64,000 nucleotides of DNA, taken from positions 5,820 to 69,819 of the forward strand of contig JBLIRN010000014.1 of the NCBI GenBank assembly GCA_049472315.1, written 5' to 3'. The notes under the pieces are model-generated. The model had not been told where the DNA came from. It searched no databases and saw only the letters and a program-made list of their open reading frames with translations. This DNA is from a bacterium. GTDB taxonomy: Bacteria > SZUA-182 > DTGQ01 > JAFGSM01. This document shows, in pieces, positions 18,092 to 27,599 of this stretch; position 1 is the stretch's first letter; each line of letters begins with the position of its first letter. The translations under genes and the position numbers were made by a program.

Positions 18092-19213
18092 TCATCCGGA
18101 GGCATGAACCACGCTGCGGCCGGCCGGCTTCAGTACCTCGTAGCATTTGACCGGCTCGGTTTTATTCTTTGCAATGATCTCCCCCTTTTTCTGCAAAGGG
18201 AAGAGATCCTTTACCTGCCGGTATGTTTGTTCGCCGATCACGATTTCCCCTCCCTTTGCCATCTGCTCAAATCGCGCAGCAACGTTCACACAGTCGCCGA
18301 TGACCGTATAGTCGATCCTATTGACCGATCCCACATTTCCGGCGATGGCGATCCCGGTGTTGATGCCGATTCCGATCTCAAATGTCTCCTTTTGTTCCTT
18401 TGTGCGCTCCTTCATCAATCGCTCCGTGGCCTCCTGCATTTCTATGGCGGCCTGTATGGCATCGGCGGCCGGCGCATTCTCCGAGGGGATAAATCCAAAC
18501 AAGGCCATGAGGTTGTCCCCGATGAATTTATCCAGCACCCCGTTATTCTTGAAGATGATATCCACCATGTCGCTGAAGAACTGATTCAACATGGCCACCA
18601 CCTCCTCGGCGTCCATCCGCTCGGTAATGGTGGTAAAGGATCGTATGTCGGCAAAGAGAATGGTCACCTCTTTGCGTTCATTTTCAAAGAGCGCACCGCT
18701 TTCCGGATTCATGAGCTTTTCAACGAGATCTTCCCGCACGTACCTGCTCAAGGTAGTGCGCAGTTCCACCTCCTTTTGGTTGAGCTCAAACGCCTCGGTA
18801 AGGTCCTTGGCGTAGGTCATGAGTTGTATGCCCTGCTCCTTCAAATTCTTCAAAAGGACATTGAAATTCTGCGCGATGTCGTTCAATTCCTCGTCCGCCT
18901 TGATCTTGATCGATTCGACCTTTTCCCAGGATCGAATAATTCCTGTGGCCTTGGCAAGCTGAGCAAGCTGTTCCGCCGATCTCCTCAGGAGCACAAATCC
19001 AAGGAGGATTGAGAAGGCCGCAAGTGCCAGGAAGATGATGGTGATATCGAAGGTTTTTATATTTTTTTGGAAAAGGAGATAGATGATCAGCACAAAGGGA
19101 ATGATACCCATCAGGGCGAAGATGATCCGTGACTTGACATGAAAGCTTCTGAAATTAAGATAGCATGATCCGCACAGGTGACTCAGAATCGCTGTCAATT
19201 TGTTTTGATTCAT
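18092..19213 (-). CDS. Membrane-anchored class III adenylate/guanylate cyclase
   Basis: 2 N-terminal TM helices, a coiled/HAMP-like linker, and a CYCc domain (VTILFADIRSFTTITE, KFIGDNLMALFG, IGINTGIAIAGNVGS). Confidence 0.8.
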   Translation of the reverse strand: MNQNKLTAILSHLCGSCYLNFRSFHVKSRIIFALMGIIPFVLIIYLLFQKNIKTFDITIIFLALAAFSILLGFVLLRRSAEQLAQLAKATGIIRSWEKVESIKIKADEELNDIAQNFNVLLKNLKEQGIQLMTYAKDLTEAFELNQKEVELRTTLSRYVREDLVEKLMNPESGALFENERKEVTILFADIRSFTTITERMDAEEVVAMLNQFFSDMVDIIFKNNGVLDKFIGDNLMALFGFIPSENAPAADAIQAAIEMQEATERLMKERTKEQKETFEIGIGINTGIAIAGNVGSVNRIDYTVIGDCVNVAARFEQMAKGGEIVIGEQTYRQVKDLFPLQKKGEIIAKNKTEPVKCYEVLKPAGRSVVHASG

Positions 19214-19638
19214 GCATGCTCCTTTTGTTTCGTGTCGACACGCTCGAAATTCAGGAGACTGTCAAACTGCACCGCCACCTCCGTCTCGCCGTGGCCTGCG
19301 CCATCGGATATATCGGAATCCTTATAGATCCGCACGACCCGAGCCCGCGCCTTCATCCGGGCATGTACACTGCCGGCGCCGGGAAGATAAAAGGTCATCT
19401 CCAGTTCCTGTCCGAGGAAGTAACGATCCGTCCTCTTGGTAGCAAAGCAGGCCCCTCCTCCTGAGATGTCCTTGGAAACCGTCTTTTCATACCACTCCTT
19501 TCCCTCACTGTCCTCGGTGGCTATCTCAGTCAGGAACTCTATGTTGAACCGCTTGAACTCCCGTCGTTCTCCCGCGCTCCCCATCTTCTTCACCGCCATG
19601 TGCGTGCGTGCATCCTGTTTCACCGGTGTGTGTTCCAT
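19210..19638 (-). CDS. PilZ domain protein (c-di-GMP binding)
   Basis: RxxxR motif (RREFKRFN) and D/NxSxxGG motif (DISGGGACF). The start is placed at the ATG preceded by GAGG. The longer ORF to 19671 lacks an RBS. Overlaps the cyclase start by 4 nt. Confidence 0.65.
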   Translation of the reverse strand: MEHTPVKQDARTHMAVKKMGSAGERREFKRFNIEFLTEIATEDSEGKEWYEKTVSKDISGGGACFATKRTDRYFLGQELEMTFYLPGAGSVHARMKARARVVRIYKDSDISDGAGHGETEVAVQFDSLLNFERVDTKQKEHA

Positions 19639-19722
19639 GACGCCCGCCTCATTGACATGGGCGCCTCCCATGCCATAAGGGCCGGCGCTTTTTCCCTGCC
19701 CTCAGACTCATCGTTGACGATA

Positions 19723-20202
19723 TCATTTCGGCCTTTCGGGTTGTTGCTTGATGATCATTGTTCCCTCTTTTGTCCACTTCATCTGCGGTTGATTCTTGAA
19801 TGTGATCATGCCTTCATCGGATGTTTCCAGGTAAAAGGGGAACGTACACTCCTGCTTGTTCATGTTTTCATAGCATACGGTATACAGCACCTTCGTTCCT
19901 TCCTTTTCTTTCCCCTTTTCCACCCTTTCCATTTTCTTTTTCACACTGGTGATGAAGTTGACCTCGATATGCTTGAGCAAAAAGGCATCCAGGACCTCAA
20001 GGTTGTATCCGCTGGCAAAGATAATGAGGTCCTTTGTCAGGCCCAGGGAGCAGTCCTTGTAGGTTGCATGGCTTGTCTTCCAGACACCCTCGAGTCCGTC
20101 CTTGACAATGAGATCCCTCCCATCCCCGCACCCTGCGATAAGAAGGAGGATAATGAACAGCAATATCACTGACTCTATTCGAGAAATTATCTTTTTTTTC
20201 AT
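19723..20202 (-). CDS. Lipoprotein, unknown function (compositionally atypical, about 45% GC)
   Basis: Lipobox LLIAGC after MKKKIISRIESVILLFIIL. Lys/Glu-rich with no recognisable family. GC content is clearly below the flanking genes. Confidence 0.55.
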   Translation of the reverse strand: MKKKIISRIESVILLFIILLLIAGCGDGRDLIVKDGLEGVWKTSHATYKDCSLGLTKDLIIFASGYNLEVLDAFLLKHIEVNFITSVKKKMERVEKGKEKEGTKVLYTVCYENMNKQECTFPFYLETSDEGMITFKNQPQMKWTKEGTMIIKQQPERPK

Positions 20203-20219
20203 TGTCTGCACCTCATTTC

Positions 20220-22427
20220 TCACGGTGATTTCACGGCAAGTTCGACGCCCTTCTGCATGCCAGGTCTTCTCCGCTGCACTATCTTTGTTTTCTTATCGGT
20301 ATCTCGGCCGGTTTTTTTCTCCTCTAGTACCTTCAAGAGGGCATTCACCACCTGCGCATCGAACTGAGTGCCCGACCCCTCCTTGATGATCTGGAGGGTG
20401 CGCTCCTTTCCCATTCCCTCCCGATAGGGCCTGTCCGAGATAAGGGCATCGTATACATCCGCCACGGACAGGATACGCGCCCCAAGGCAGATGTCTTCGC
20501 CGGAAATACCGTGGGGATATCCCTTCCCGTCAAACCTTTCATGGTGCTGCAATCCCATGGGGATGATGTCTTTATAGGCAGCGATGGGTTCCAGGATGCG
20601 GGCGCCGGTCGCCGGATGCTGCTTTATGATGGCGAATTCCTCGTCCGTGAGCCTTCCCGGCTTGTCGAGGATCTCAGCAGGGACCCCGATCTTGCCGATG
20701 TCATGGAGCAACCCTCCCCGATGGAGGTCCTCAAGTTCCTTTTCACTGAGGCCCATGACCTTCCCCAGCTTCAATGCCATTTCCGTGACCCGCTCCGAGT
20801 GGCCGGCGGTCCAGGGGGACTTTGCATCAACCGTGCGGGCAAGGGCCTTCAAAGCGCCCCAGTTCAGATTATCCAGCTCCTCGATGAGGTGGGCGTTGGA
20901 CAGGGCGACCGCCACCTGGTCAGCAAGCTGCCTGACCTGGAGGAGATCCTCATCACTGGGCTCATGGACCTCGAAGGTGCCGAGTGCGATAGTCCCTGCC
21001 ATCCTTTGACTGATAAACAGAGGGAGCAGTATCGCCGATTCGACCCCTCTGTTTTTAAAGGATTCGAGCAAACCGGGTAACTCCTCCTTTGTTTTCAGCG
21101 TGAGCGTCTCTCGATGCTCCGCAAGCATCTCCAGGTCGTCCCGCTGTATCTCCACATCCTCGCAAGCGCGATTCGAGGCCCCGTGGCCGGTGTACACACG
21201 GGCCATGCAGCAGCCCTTGGATTGAAGGTCGAACAAGAGGACACTCACCAGATCATAGTTGCATACCTTGTGCATGGTGGAGATGACCGTGCCGATGATC
21301 TCTTCCGTGTCCAGGGAGGACAGGATGGCGCGGTCGATATCGGCCATGGTGGTCAGGGCGTTGAACTGCCTGCCGAGTTGCCGTGCCATGAAGTTGAAGG
21401 ATGATCCGAGTTCCTCGAATTCATCCTTGCTCGTTACCGTGACCCTGGTCTCGAAATCCTTCATGGCAATGCGTCTGGTCCCCTCCTTGAGCTTCTCGAG
21501 CGGGGTCATGGTCTTGCGTATCTGTATCACGCTCAGCAGCACGACCACCAGGAGGGAAAGCAGGATAAAGAGGGGAAATATCTTCTTGAAATAGGCAAGC
21601 GGGGCGAAGACGTCATCCTTGGCGGTGCTGGTGATGATCGTCCACTTCGGCTCAAAGAATTCATATTTCAGAAAGATCGGCCAAAAACACCCCAGAAACT
21701 CCCTTCCTTTGTAATCCCATTCGAACTGCTCCGAAAAGTACCGGCTCGCCTTTGCAGCCAGTGTCTTGCGAAACGAGGGGGACACCGGATGGGAGGAAAA
21801 GATCACGTTCTCAGACTCGTCCATGACACACAGCTCGGTGAGCCCGGGCAGCGAATCGGACTCTAAAAGGCCCCAGAGGTACATGGAGTCGACTTCCGCA
21901 TGGATGAGCCCCTTTGCAGGATCCTCGGGGTCAACAGGACTGATCATGAACACGCACAATTTGTCCTTGTTCCCATTCTCATACTCGGTTACTATAAGCG
22001 CCTTACCGGAGCGCAGATGTTCACGCTGTGCATCGGACAGCCGGATTGGTGCATGTTGATCACCGAACACCGGGATCAGTGCGCCGGCATGGGTCTGCAG
22101 CGCCAGCGTGATGAACCGCCCCTTCAACCCCTCGATTCCTGCATGTGATGGAAGCGGGGTGGATGATCCGCGTATCTCATTCATGCCCGAGGAGAGGACG
22201 TTCAACTGGGTTTCAAGAAACAGGAGACGTTCCATTACGGACATGCCGATGGATTTACTCGATCTGCGCAGCCTCAACCGGCTTTGCGACTCAAGCTGCT
22301 TCGATACCTGGGTGAATGAGATGACGGAGATCGCTACGAGCGGGATCAGTGCGCAGAGTATAAACAATGCGAATATCCGGCGTGCAACCTTGCTCTTCAG
22401 GAATGTCTCGTCGATTCGTATCCCCAT
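20220..22427 (-). CDS. HD-GYP domain c-di-GMP phosphodiesterase with N-terminal membrane/periplasmic sensor, HAMP and GAF-like regions
   Basis: HD motif (GLLHDIGKIGVP), GYP motif (HHERFDGKGYPHG). An N-terminal TM helix, periplasmic region and a second TM are present. Confidence 0.85.
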   Translation of the reverse strand: MGIRIDETFLKSKVARRIFALFILCALIPLVAISVISFTQVSKQLESQSRLRLRRSSKSIGMSVMERLLFLETQLNVLSSGMNEIRGSSTPLPSHAGIEGLKGRFITLALQTHAGALIPVFGDQHAPIRLSDAQREHLRSGKALIVTEYENGNKDKLCVFMISPVDPEDPAKGLIHAEVDSMYLWGLLESDSLPGLTELCVMDESENVIFSSHPVSPSFRKTLAAKASRYFSEQFEWDYKGREFLGCFWPIFLKYEFFEPKWTIITSTAKDDVFAPLAYFKKIFPLFILLSLLVVVLLSVIQIRKTMTPLEKLKEGTRRIAMKDFETRVTVTSKDEFEELGSSFNFMARQLGRQFNALTTMADIDRAILSSLDTEEIIGTVISTMHKVCNYDLVSVLLFDLQSKGCCMARVYTGHGASNRACEDVEIQRDDLEMLAEHRETLTLKTKEELPGLLESFKNRGVESAILLPLFISQRMAGTIALGTFEVHEPSDEDLLQVRQLADQVAVALSNAHLIEELDNLNWGALKALARTVDAKSPWTAGHSERVTEMALKLGKVMGLSEKELEDLHRGGLLHDIGKIGVPAEILDKPGRLTDEEFAIIKQHPATGARILEPIAAYKDIIPMGLQHHERFDGKGYPHGISGEDICLGARILSVADVYDALISDRPYREGMGKERTLQIIKEGSGTQFDAQVVNALLKVLEEKKTGRDTDKKTKIVQRRRPGMQKGVELAVKSP

Positions 22428-22436
22428 TAATCCCTC

Positions 22437-23033
22437 TTAGAATTCGGATGCAAGCCCCACGAATGCCCCATTGCTTGCCCGAATGACGTCGTCGTAACTC
22501 ACTTTTGCATCAATGCCCGGCTCGCTCAACCCATCCTTCCCCATGCTGAAGAGGTCGTAGTCGGTATTGAGCGGCTTGAGAAAACGGCACTGTCGCATCT
22601 TGCCCTCGACCCCTTTATGGGCGCTGTCATAGGGGTTATACTGATAAAGGTTTCCCCAGGGATCTCTCTGGCTCCCGAAGTGGATGTCATCGAGCGTCTG
22701 CGGCAGGTCGTCGTTGTTCAATTCGAAGGTGGGGTTGTCGGTGTCCACCTGGTATGACCAGATATCCCTCTCCATGACCCGGATCTCGGTGATTGCCCGC
22801 GCCACCCGTGTCTTGTAGAGGTAGTTGGTATATGAGGGAACGGCAATGGCGCCCAGGGTGGCGACGATCGTGACGGTGATGAGTATCTCAACCATGGTGA
22901 ATCCATGCGGAGATCCCTTTCCAAGGAATTCCGTTAGGGTGAATCTCCTTCGACATATATGCCGTGTCCGAGCGGCAGTGACCCCTTTTAAAAGATCACC
23001 CCTGCTATGAAGCCGGTTGTTTCGATCCACCAT
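22437..23033 (-). CDS. Type IV pilin-like/pseudopilin protein with unusually long (44-aa) basic leader
   Basis: Prepilin cleavage/methylation motif G|FTMVEILITVTIVATLGAIAVPSY. The only in-frame start with an RBS (AAGGAGG, 5 nt upstream) is the ATG at 23033, which gives a 44-residue leader (MVDRNNRLHSRGDLLKGVTAARTRHICRRRFTLTEFLGKGSPHG). Confidence 0.65.
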   Translation of the reverse strand: MVDRNNRLHSRGDLLKGVTAARTRHICRRRFTLTEFLGKGSPHGFTMVEILITVTIVATLGAIAVPSYTNYLYKTRVARAITEIRVMERDIWSYQVDTDNPTFELNNDDLPQTLDDIHFGSQRDPWGNLYQYNPYDSAHKGVEGKMRQCRFLKPLNTDYDLFSMGKDGLSEPGIDAKVSYDDVIRASNGAFVGLASEF

Positions 23034-23623
23034 TGTCCCTCCTTGTATCGCTCCGACGAAAAGGCACCGGAGCGGAGAACTCATTGCCCTGCGCTCGATG
23101 GATATATCTTTATATTTATCGGATAAATCACCCGGTTGTATCGGCATCCTCTTCACAAACAACCGATTTTGGGGTAATTGTGAGATGATCGGCATGCAGT
23201 GAAGTTATTTTCATAGAAACTGGTTCTGTGGTAATTTTTTCACACTCCCGCGAAAAGTATGAACACCCGACATGGCAATCCCTGACCCTTGTGGACGCAA
23301 TCTATTCTTTGTAAATCAGCATATTATGTCGTTTCCGCCATGGGATGCACAAACACGGAATGCTTCTTGCATATAATCCATCCGATCCGTATCACTGGGT
23401 TTAACCGATAAAGAGATAACGTGCGACGGATTCCTGATAAAGGACATGCCGCACTATCAGAGATTCTTACCGAAGGTTCGAGCGTGCATTCCTTAGGATT
23501 GGCATTGCGCCGGCCAAGGAGGTTGCAGCATCGGCCGGCCTATCACGAGCCTGTTTGGGTGAGGTTGGGAAGAACGTCCCTGGAGAGCTTTACAACCGGC
23601 GATCTTAGTGACGGAGGAACCAT

Positions 23624-24820
23624 ATGCACGCGGACAGGCTGGACGATTTCAACTGGAACCAATCGGTGCCCCACATCCTGGTGGTGGATGACGACTTTTC
23701 CGTGAGGAAATTTCTGGGGAAGGTCCTTCAGAAAGAGGGGTACACGGTTTCCACCGCGGAAAACGGGGGAGAGGGATTTCACAAGGCCCTCACCCTGAAT
23801 CCCGACCTGATCATCCTGGATGTCATGATGCCCGACATGGATGGTTTCGAGGTCTGCAGCAAGCTCCAGTCGGATGAAAAGACCAAAAACATTCCCGTCA
23901 TCTTCCTGACCGTTCGAAATGAACACGAGGATAAGCTCCGCGGCTTGAACCTGGGGGCGGTCGATTACCTGGAAAAACCGGTGAATATCAGGGAGATGCT
24001 TGCGAGGGTCAATACCCAGATTCGCCTGCACACCCTTTATAAAAGAAATCTCGCATACGAGCAGGCATTGATCGAGACCGAGAATCTGAACTGCAACCGG
24101 ATCTTCATCAAGGGGGTTGCCCACAATTTCAACAATCTCCTCACCGTGGCGGTCGGGTATATCAAGTTCATGCAGGAGCGATCCAACTTTTCCGAGAAGG
24201 ACATGGAGTATCTCCATCGGGTTGACACAAGCCTGGAGCGGATACAGAGCCTCATCCACCAGATGTTCTATCTTACGGAGGTTTTTGCATCGGATGTCAA
24301 ACGATTCGATGTGGAGAAGATACTCAACGATTTTCTGTTCGCCGCACGACTTCACTGGCCGAATATGGTGATCAGCGTGAACAACAAGCTTAATCCAAAG
24401 ACCGAGCTGTTGTGTGACCAGGCGCAGATCATCAAGGCATTGACCCTGCTCATACAAAATTCCTACGAGGTGGCCGGTAAGAAATGCGAGGCGATTATCG
24501 AGGTTTATGAATCGGACGAGGATTTGGGGAATGGCTACTTTTTAAACAAAACAAAATCCATATGTATTGCCATCAAGGACTTCGGGCCGGGTTTTACCGA
24601 AACCGCACTTAAATACGCCACCCATCCCTTCTTCAGCACCAAGAATACCGTGGGGGTGGGATTAGGCCTCTCCATCGTTCAAAAGGTAGTCAGGGACTAC
24701 GGCGGGAAACTGAGCATTGCGAATGATCCGAAGGGTGGCGCAGTGGTGACCATGGCCTTTCCCGTGAATGCCACCAAGATCGAACAACTGGTAAAAACGG
24801 AGGCCATGGAGCCCTATTGA
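23624..24820 (+). CDS. Hybrid response regulator-histidine kinase (REC + HisKA-like + HATPase_c)
   Basis: REC domain (ILVVDDDFSVR, DLIILDVMMPDMDG). C-terminal HATPase region with G-box GVGLGLSIV. Confidence 0.8.
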   Translation: MHADRLDDFNWNQSVPHILVVDDDFSVRKFLGKVLQKEGYTVSTAENGGEGFHKALTLNPDLIILDVMMPDMDGFEVCSKLQSDEKTKNIPVIFLTVRNEHEDKLRGLNLGAVDYLEKPVNIREMLARVNTQIRLHTLYKRNLAYEQALIETENLNCNRIFIKGVAHNFNNLLTVAVGYIKFMQERSNFSEKDMEYLHRVDTSLERIQSLIHQMFYLTEVFASDVKRFDVEKILNDFLFAARLHWPNMVISVNNKLNPKTELLCDQAQIIKALTLLIQNSYEVAGKKCEAIIEVYESDEDLGNGYFLNKTKSICIAIKDFGPGFTETALKYATHPFFSTKNTVGVGLGLSIVQKVVRDYGGKLSIANDPKGGAVVTMAFPVNATKIEQLVKTEAMEPY

Positions 24821-24927
24821 TACGGTCCCTGGAAGGAAAACTCAGGAGCACATTTCCATTGATGGGCATGAGACACAAAAAGGCCCGGGGTCATCAGACC
24901 TCGGGCCTTTTTTTACCTTGACGGGAA

Positions 24928-25638
24928 TTAGTATCCCAGGATCTGAGCTGCAGTCAGCAGTGATGAAAAGGCCGGCGTTGGATTGATCAAGGAGGCCAGC
25001 CACGGATTCAACCCAGTGAGATTCGGAGGCAGCGTGAGATTGTAGGCAGCAAGGGCCAGCGTCGGATATTGTGCCACATAGGCCAGATTGGCTGTCGGCA
25101 GGTTCGACTGGATCCACAGGGGATCGGTTGCCGGGAGCAGATTGAAACCCGTAGGCAGGCCCAGCGGTAATGCACCGCCTATTGTAGGATTCAACGCATA
25201 TGACGGCGGCCAGGCGTTTATTCCGTAAATGATATCGTAATATTGCATCCCTACCGGTGAATTATACAGGAAGTAGGGATAGCTGATCGCCGGGTTCCAC
25301 GCCAGTCCTGGCTGTACAGGAAGCGTTGTCGATGGAAAGAGGTTGCTCACGATGGGTGTCGGCAGCCCGGTGGTCGCACTGACCGGAGACAGGGCGGGTG
25401 ACCAGAGGGGCCACAAGAAATTGTAGGGCGGCATTGCGGTCCATGTCTGTGCAGTTGCCAGCCTGTTTCCCAAAAGCCCAAAGACAACCATGACAACACA
25501 GATGAAAACAACGGTTCTGATAGTGCTTTTTAATGACATACCATATACTCCTTTTGTTTTATCGTATACCCCAACCAACAGAAACAACTCGTCCACTGTT
25601 CCTTTCGTGTTCTTGTGTTCATCTCCTTTAGGCAACAC
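24928..25638 (-). CDS. Secreted Pro/Leu/Tyr-rich low-complexity protein
   Basis: Signal peptide (VVFICVVMVVFGLLGNRLATA). The remainder is rich in P/L/Y/N/A (PPYNFLWPLWSPALSPV...YPYFLYNSP...) and ends ILGY. Confidence 0.6.
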   Translation of the reverse strand: MLPKGDEHKNTKGTVDELFLLVGVYDKTKGVYGMSLKSTIRTVVFICVVMVVFGLLGNRLATAQTWTAMPPYNFLWPLWSPALSPVSATTGLPTPIVSNLFPSTTLPVQPGLAWNPAISYPYFLYNSPVGMQYYDIIYGINAWPPSYALNPTIGGALPLGLPTGFNLLPATDPLWIQSNLPTANLAYVAQYPTLALAAYNLTLPPNLTGLNPWLASLINPTPAFSSLLTAAQILGY

Positions 25639-25732
25639 CCCCTTATCAATTCATCTTGATCGGAGCACCTTACCATCGAAGGCGCCGCAGCCTTTCGGCA
25701 TGTCTTTATGGGTTATCGGTAACCTGTTACAG

Positions 25733-26203
25733 CTACTGGAGCAATACCCAGCTCAGGTAGAAGTCCGGTGTTCCATAGGTATACGAAGGATAACTAAACC
25801 GCGTGTAAGGAAGCGGGGTGCCGGGCAGCGTGGTAAAGGGATATGTGGTCGTATAGGGTGAACCCATATAAGGATATGTCTCCTTACCAAAAAAGTTGTA
25901 TAAATAGTTCTGATATGGGTTTAAAAAGGGATTAGCATAGTAATATCCAAGCAGGTTCCCCGGAATGGGGGGAAAAAATCCGTATCCGAGGTTATAAAAG
26001 GGATCGGTAATCGAGTTGAAATACCCATAATTGCTGAAGGCCAATGGACTTGTGTAATAATAGGTAACGGGCGGAAGGTATGTCGGATCGTAGTTTCCCG
26101 GATACACCTGCGCGGGTGCCTGAACGGCCAGCAGGCACAGGACAATCAAAACAAGACCCGTCAACCAGACCCTCTCGCAGCCCCCTTTTTTCATAATCAT
26201 CAT
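25733..26203 (-). CDS. Secreted Tyr/Pro-rich low-complexity protein
   Basis: Signal peptide (LTGLVLIVLCLLAVQAPAQ). The mature part is about 20% Tyr (YPGNYDPTYLPPVTYYYTSP...GYYYANPFLNPYQNYLYNFF...). Confidence 0.6.
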   Translation of the reverse strand: MMIMKKGGCERVWLTGLVLIVLCLLAVQAPAQVYPGNYDPTYLPPVTYYYTSPLAFSNYGYFNSITDPFYNLGYGFFPPIPGNLLGYYYANPFLNPYQNYLYNFFGKETYPYMGSPYTTTYPFTTLPGTPLPYTRFSYPSYTYGTPDFYLSWVLLQ

Positions 26204-26498
26204 CCTCTCTCTCCCATCAGGATCTCCGAATGTTGATTCCTATATCTTCAACACTCTATGCGTTAATCACGTTAATGGGTTCTCATGACGTAAGGATTGC
26301 GTTTAAGGATTTGCATGCGTGAAAAGGTATGCGCGTATCACCTCCAAACATCGATCATATTGATTTAAATGATAAAATCTATAACAATTTAAATTTTGCG
26401 CTCATTATTGAGATGAGGTAAATAGGCATACGTCTACAGTTCCCCATTTATAATAATTATACCATACCACCATGAATTTGCAAAGAAATTACCTTAAA

Positions 26499-26804
26499 CT
26501 ATTTCTTTAACGAATGGCCTATTTTATCTTCCAGTGATTCAAGTTTTCTGTCTATTCTCGATGCTGAATCCGACCGGTCATCAATCGTGATGGTGGTGAC
26601 GACCCGGCAACCTTTCTTTCTCACCGCATCATGGCAGCATTTTATAAGGTCCATGATCTCGTCCCAACGACCCTCCACAACTGTCCCCATCGGATTCACG
26701 CGATACTCAAGGCCGCTGTTGTGGACGATTTCTACAGCCAGGGAAACCAGGCCGCTCAGACTTTCACCCTCGCCCACGGGAATGATGCTGAATTCCGCCA
26801 ACAT
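26499..26804 (-). CDS. MTH1187/YkoF family protein (thiamine/HMP-binding-like, DUF77)
   Basis: About 100 aa starting MLAEFSIIPVGEGESLSGLVSLAVEIV... with the family-typical beta-alpha-beta-beta-alpha-beta pattern. Confidence 0.65.
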   Translation of the reverse strand: MLAEFSIIPVGEGESLSGLVSLAVEIVHNSGLEYRVNPMGTVVEGRWDEIMDLIKCCHDAVRKKGCRVVTTITIDDRSDSASRIDRKLESLEDKIGHSLKK

Positions 26805-26916
26805 TGCCTCTCCTCCTTTCAATGATCGGTTTCCATACAGGAGTGATCAAGGGCTCCCTGCCGGCATCCAGGGCCTCGCTATTGTTTGCCGACCCGTTGC
26901 TATAGTAGCATAAGGA

Positions 26917-27447
26917 GTGGCCATGAATAAAGGACATTCAATGCTCACCCTTGTGCTCAATGGGTTGTTTCTCCTCGTTGTTGCAGCAGGCCTCCTGGGC
27001 ATCGCGCGCTCTGCCGTACCAGGTGCGGCATGGTACGGGGGGATATGGGCGGCGTGGAGCATGGCGAATTATCTCTATATCATTCGAATAAGACTCTGCC
27101 GCAATTGCTCCTATTACGGCCTGCCGTGCCCCTTGGGATGGGGGAGGATCGTTCCCCTTTTGTGCGACCGGGGTGATCCCCATATGTTCGGAAGGATGCG
27201 CTGGCCCGTGGTCTATCTTCTCTCCTATGCGGGGATCCCTCCTGTTTTCATGACCATCTCCCTTTTTTTTGAGCCGGATCCCTATGTCATCGGTGCATTG
27301 ATCGCCTTCACCTTCGTAGGTGTCCTCATGTGTATAGCCGCCCGAAAATGGTGCTGCACAAGATGCCTGATGGCATCCCATTGCCTGTTGAGCAGGATCG
27401 GTCGCGTGGTGAGACATCCCTTCAATATCACACAATACCACACCTGA
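26917..27447 (+). CDS. Cys-rich integral membrane protein, unknown function
   Basis: 176 aa with 3-4 TM helices and CxxC-like clusters (CRNCSYYGLPCPLGWG; CCTRCLMASHC). RBS AAGGAG upstream. Confidence 0.55.
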   Translation: MAMNKGHSMLTLVLNGLFLLVVAAGLLGIARSAVPGAAWYGGIWAAWSMANYLYIIRIRLCRNCSYYGLPCPLGWGRIVPLLCDRGDPHMFGRMRWPVVYLLSYAGIPPVFMTISLFFEPDPYVIGALIAFTFVGVLMCIAARKWCCTRCLMASHCLLSRIGRVVRHPFNITQYHT

Positions 27448-27599
27448 AATCCCAGAAATCCCAGGATCTGTTGCCTGAATGGGCAATATCGTGTACACTG
27501 TAAGCATATGGGGCGTTCGGCCGCGGGGCACCTGGAGGTGCCCTGCCCCAGGGCAGGATTCGATTGCGGGCGCACCCGGCATGCCTGGAGGATGACACC

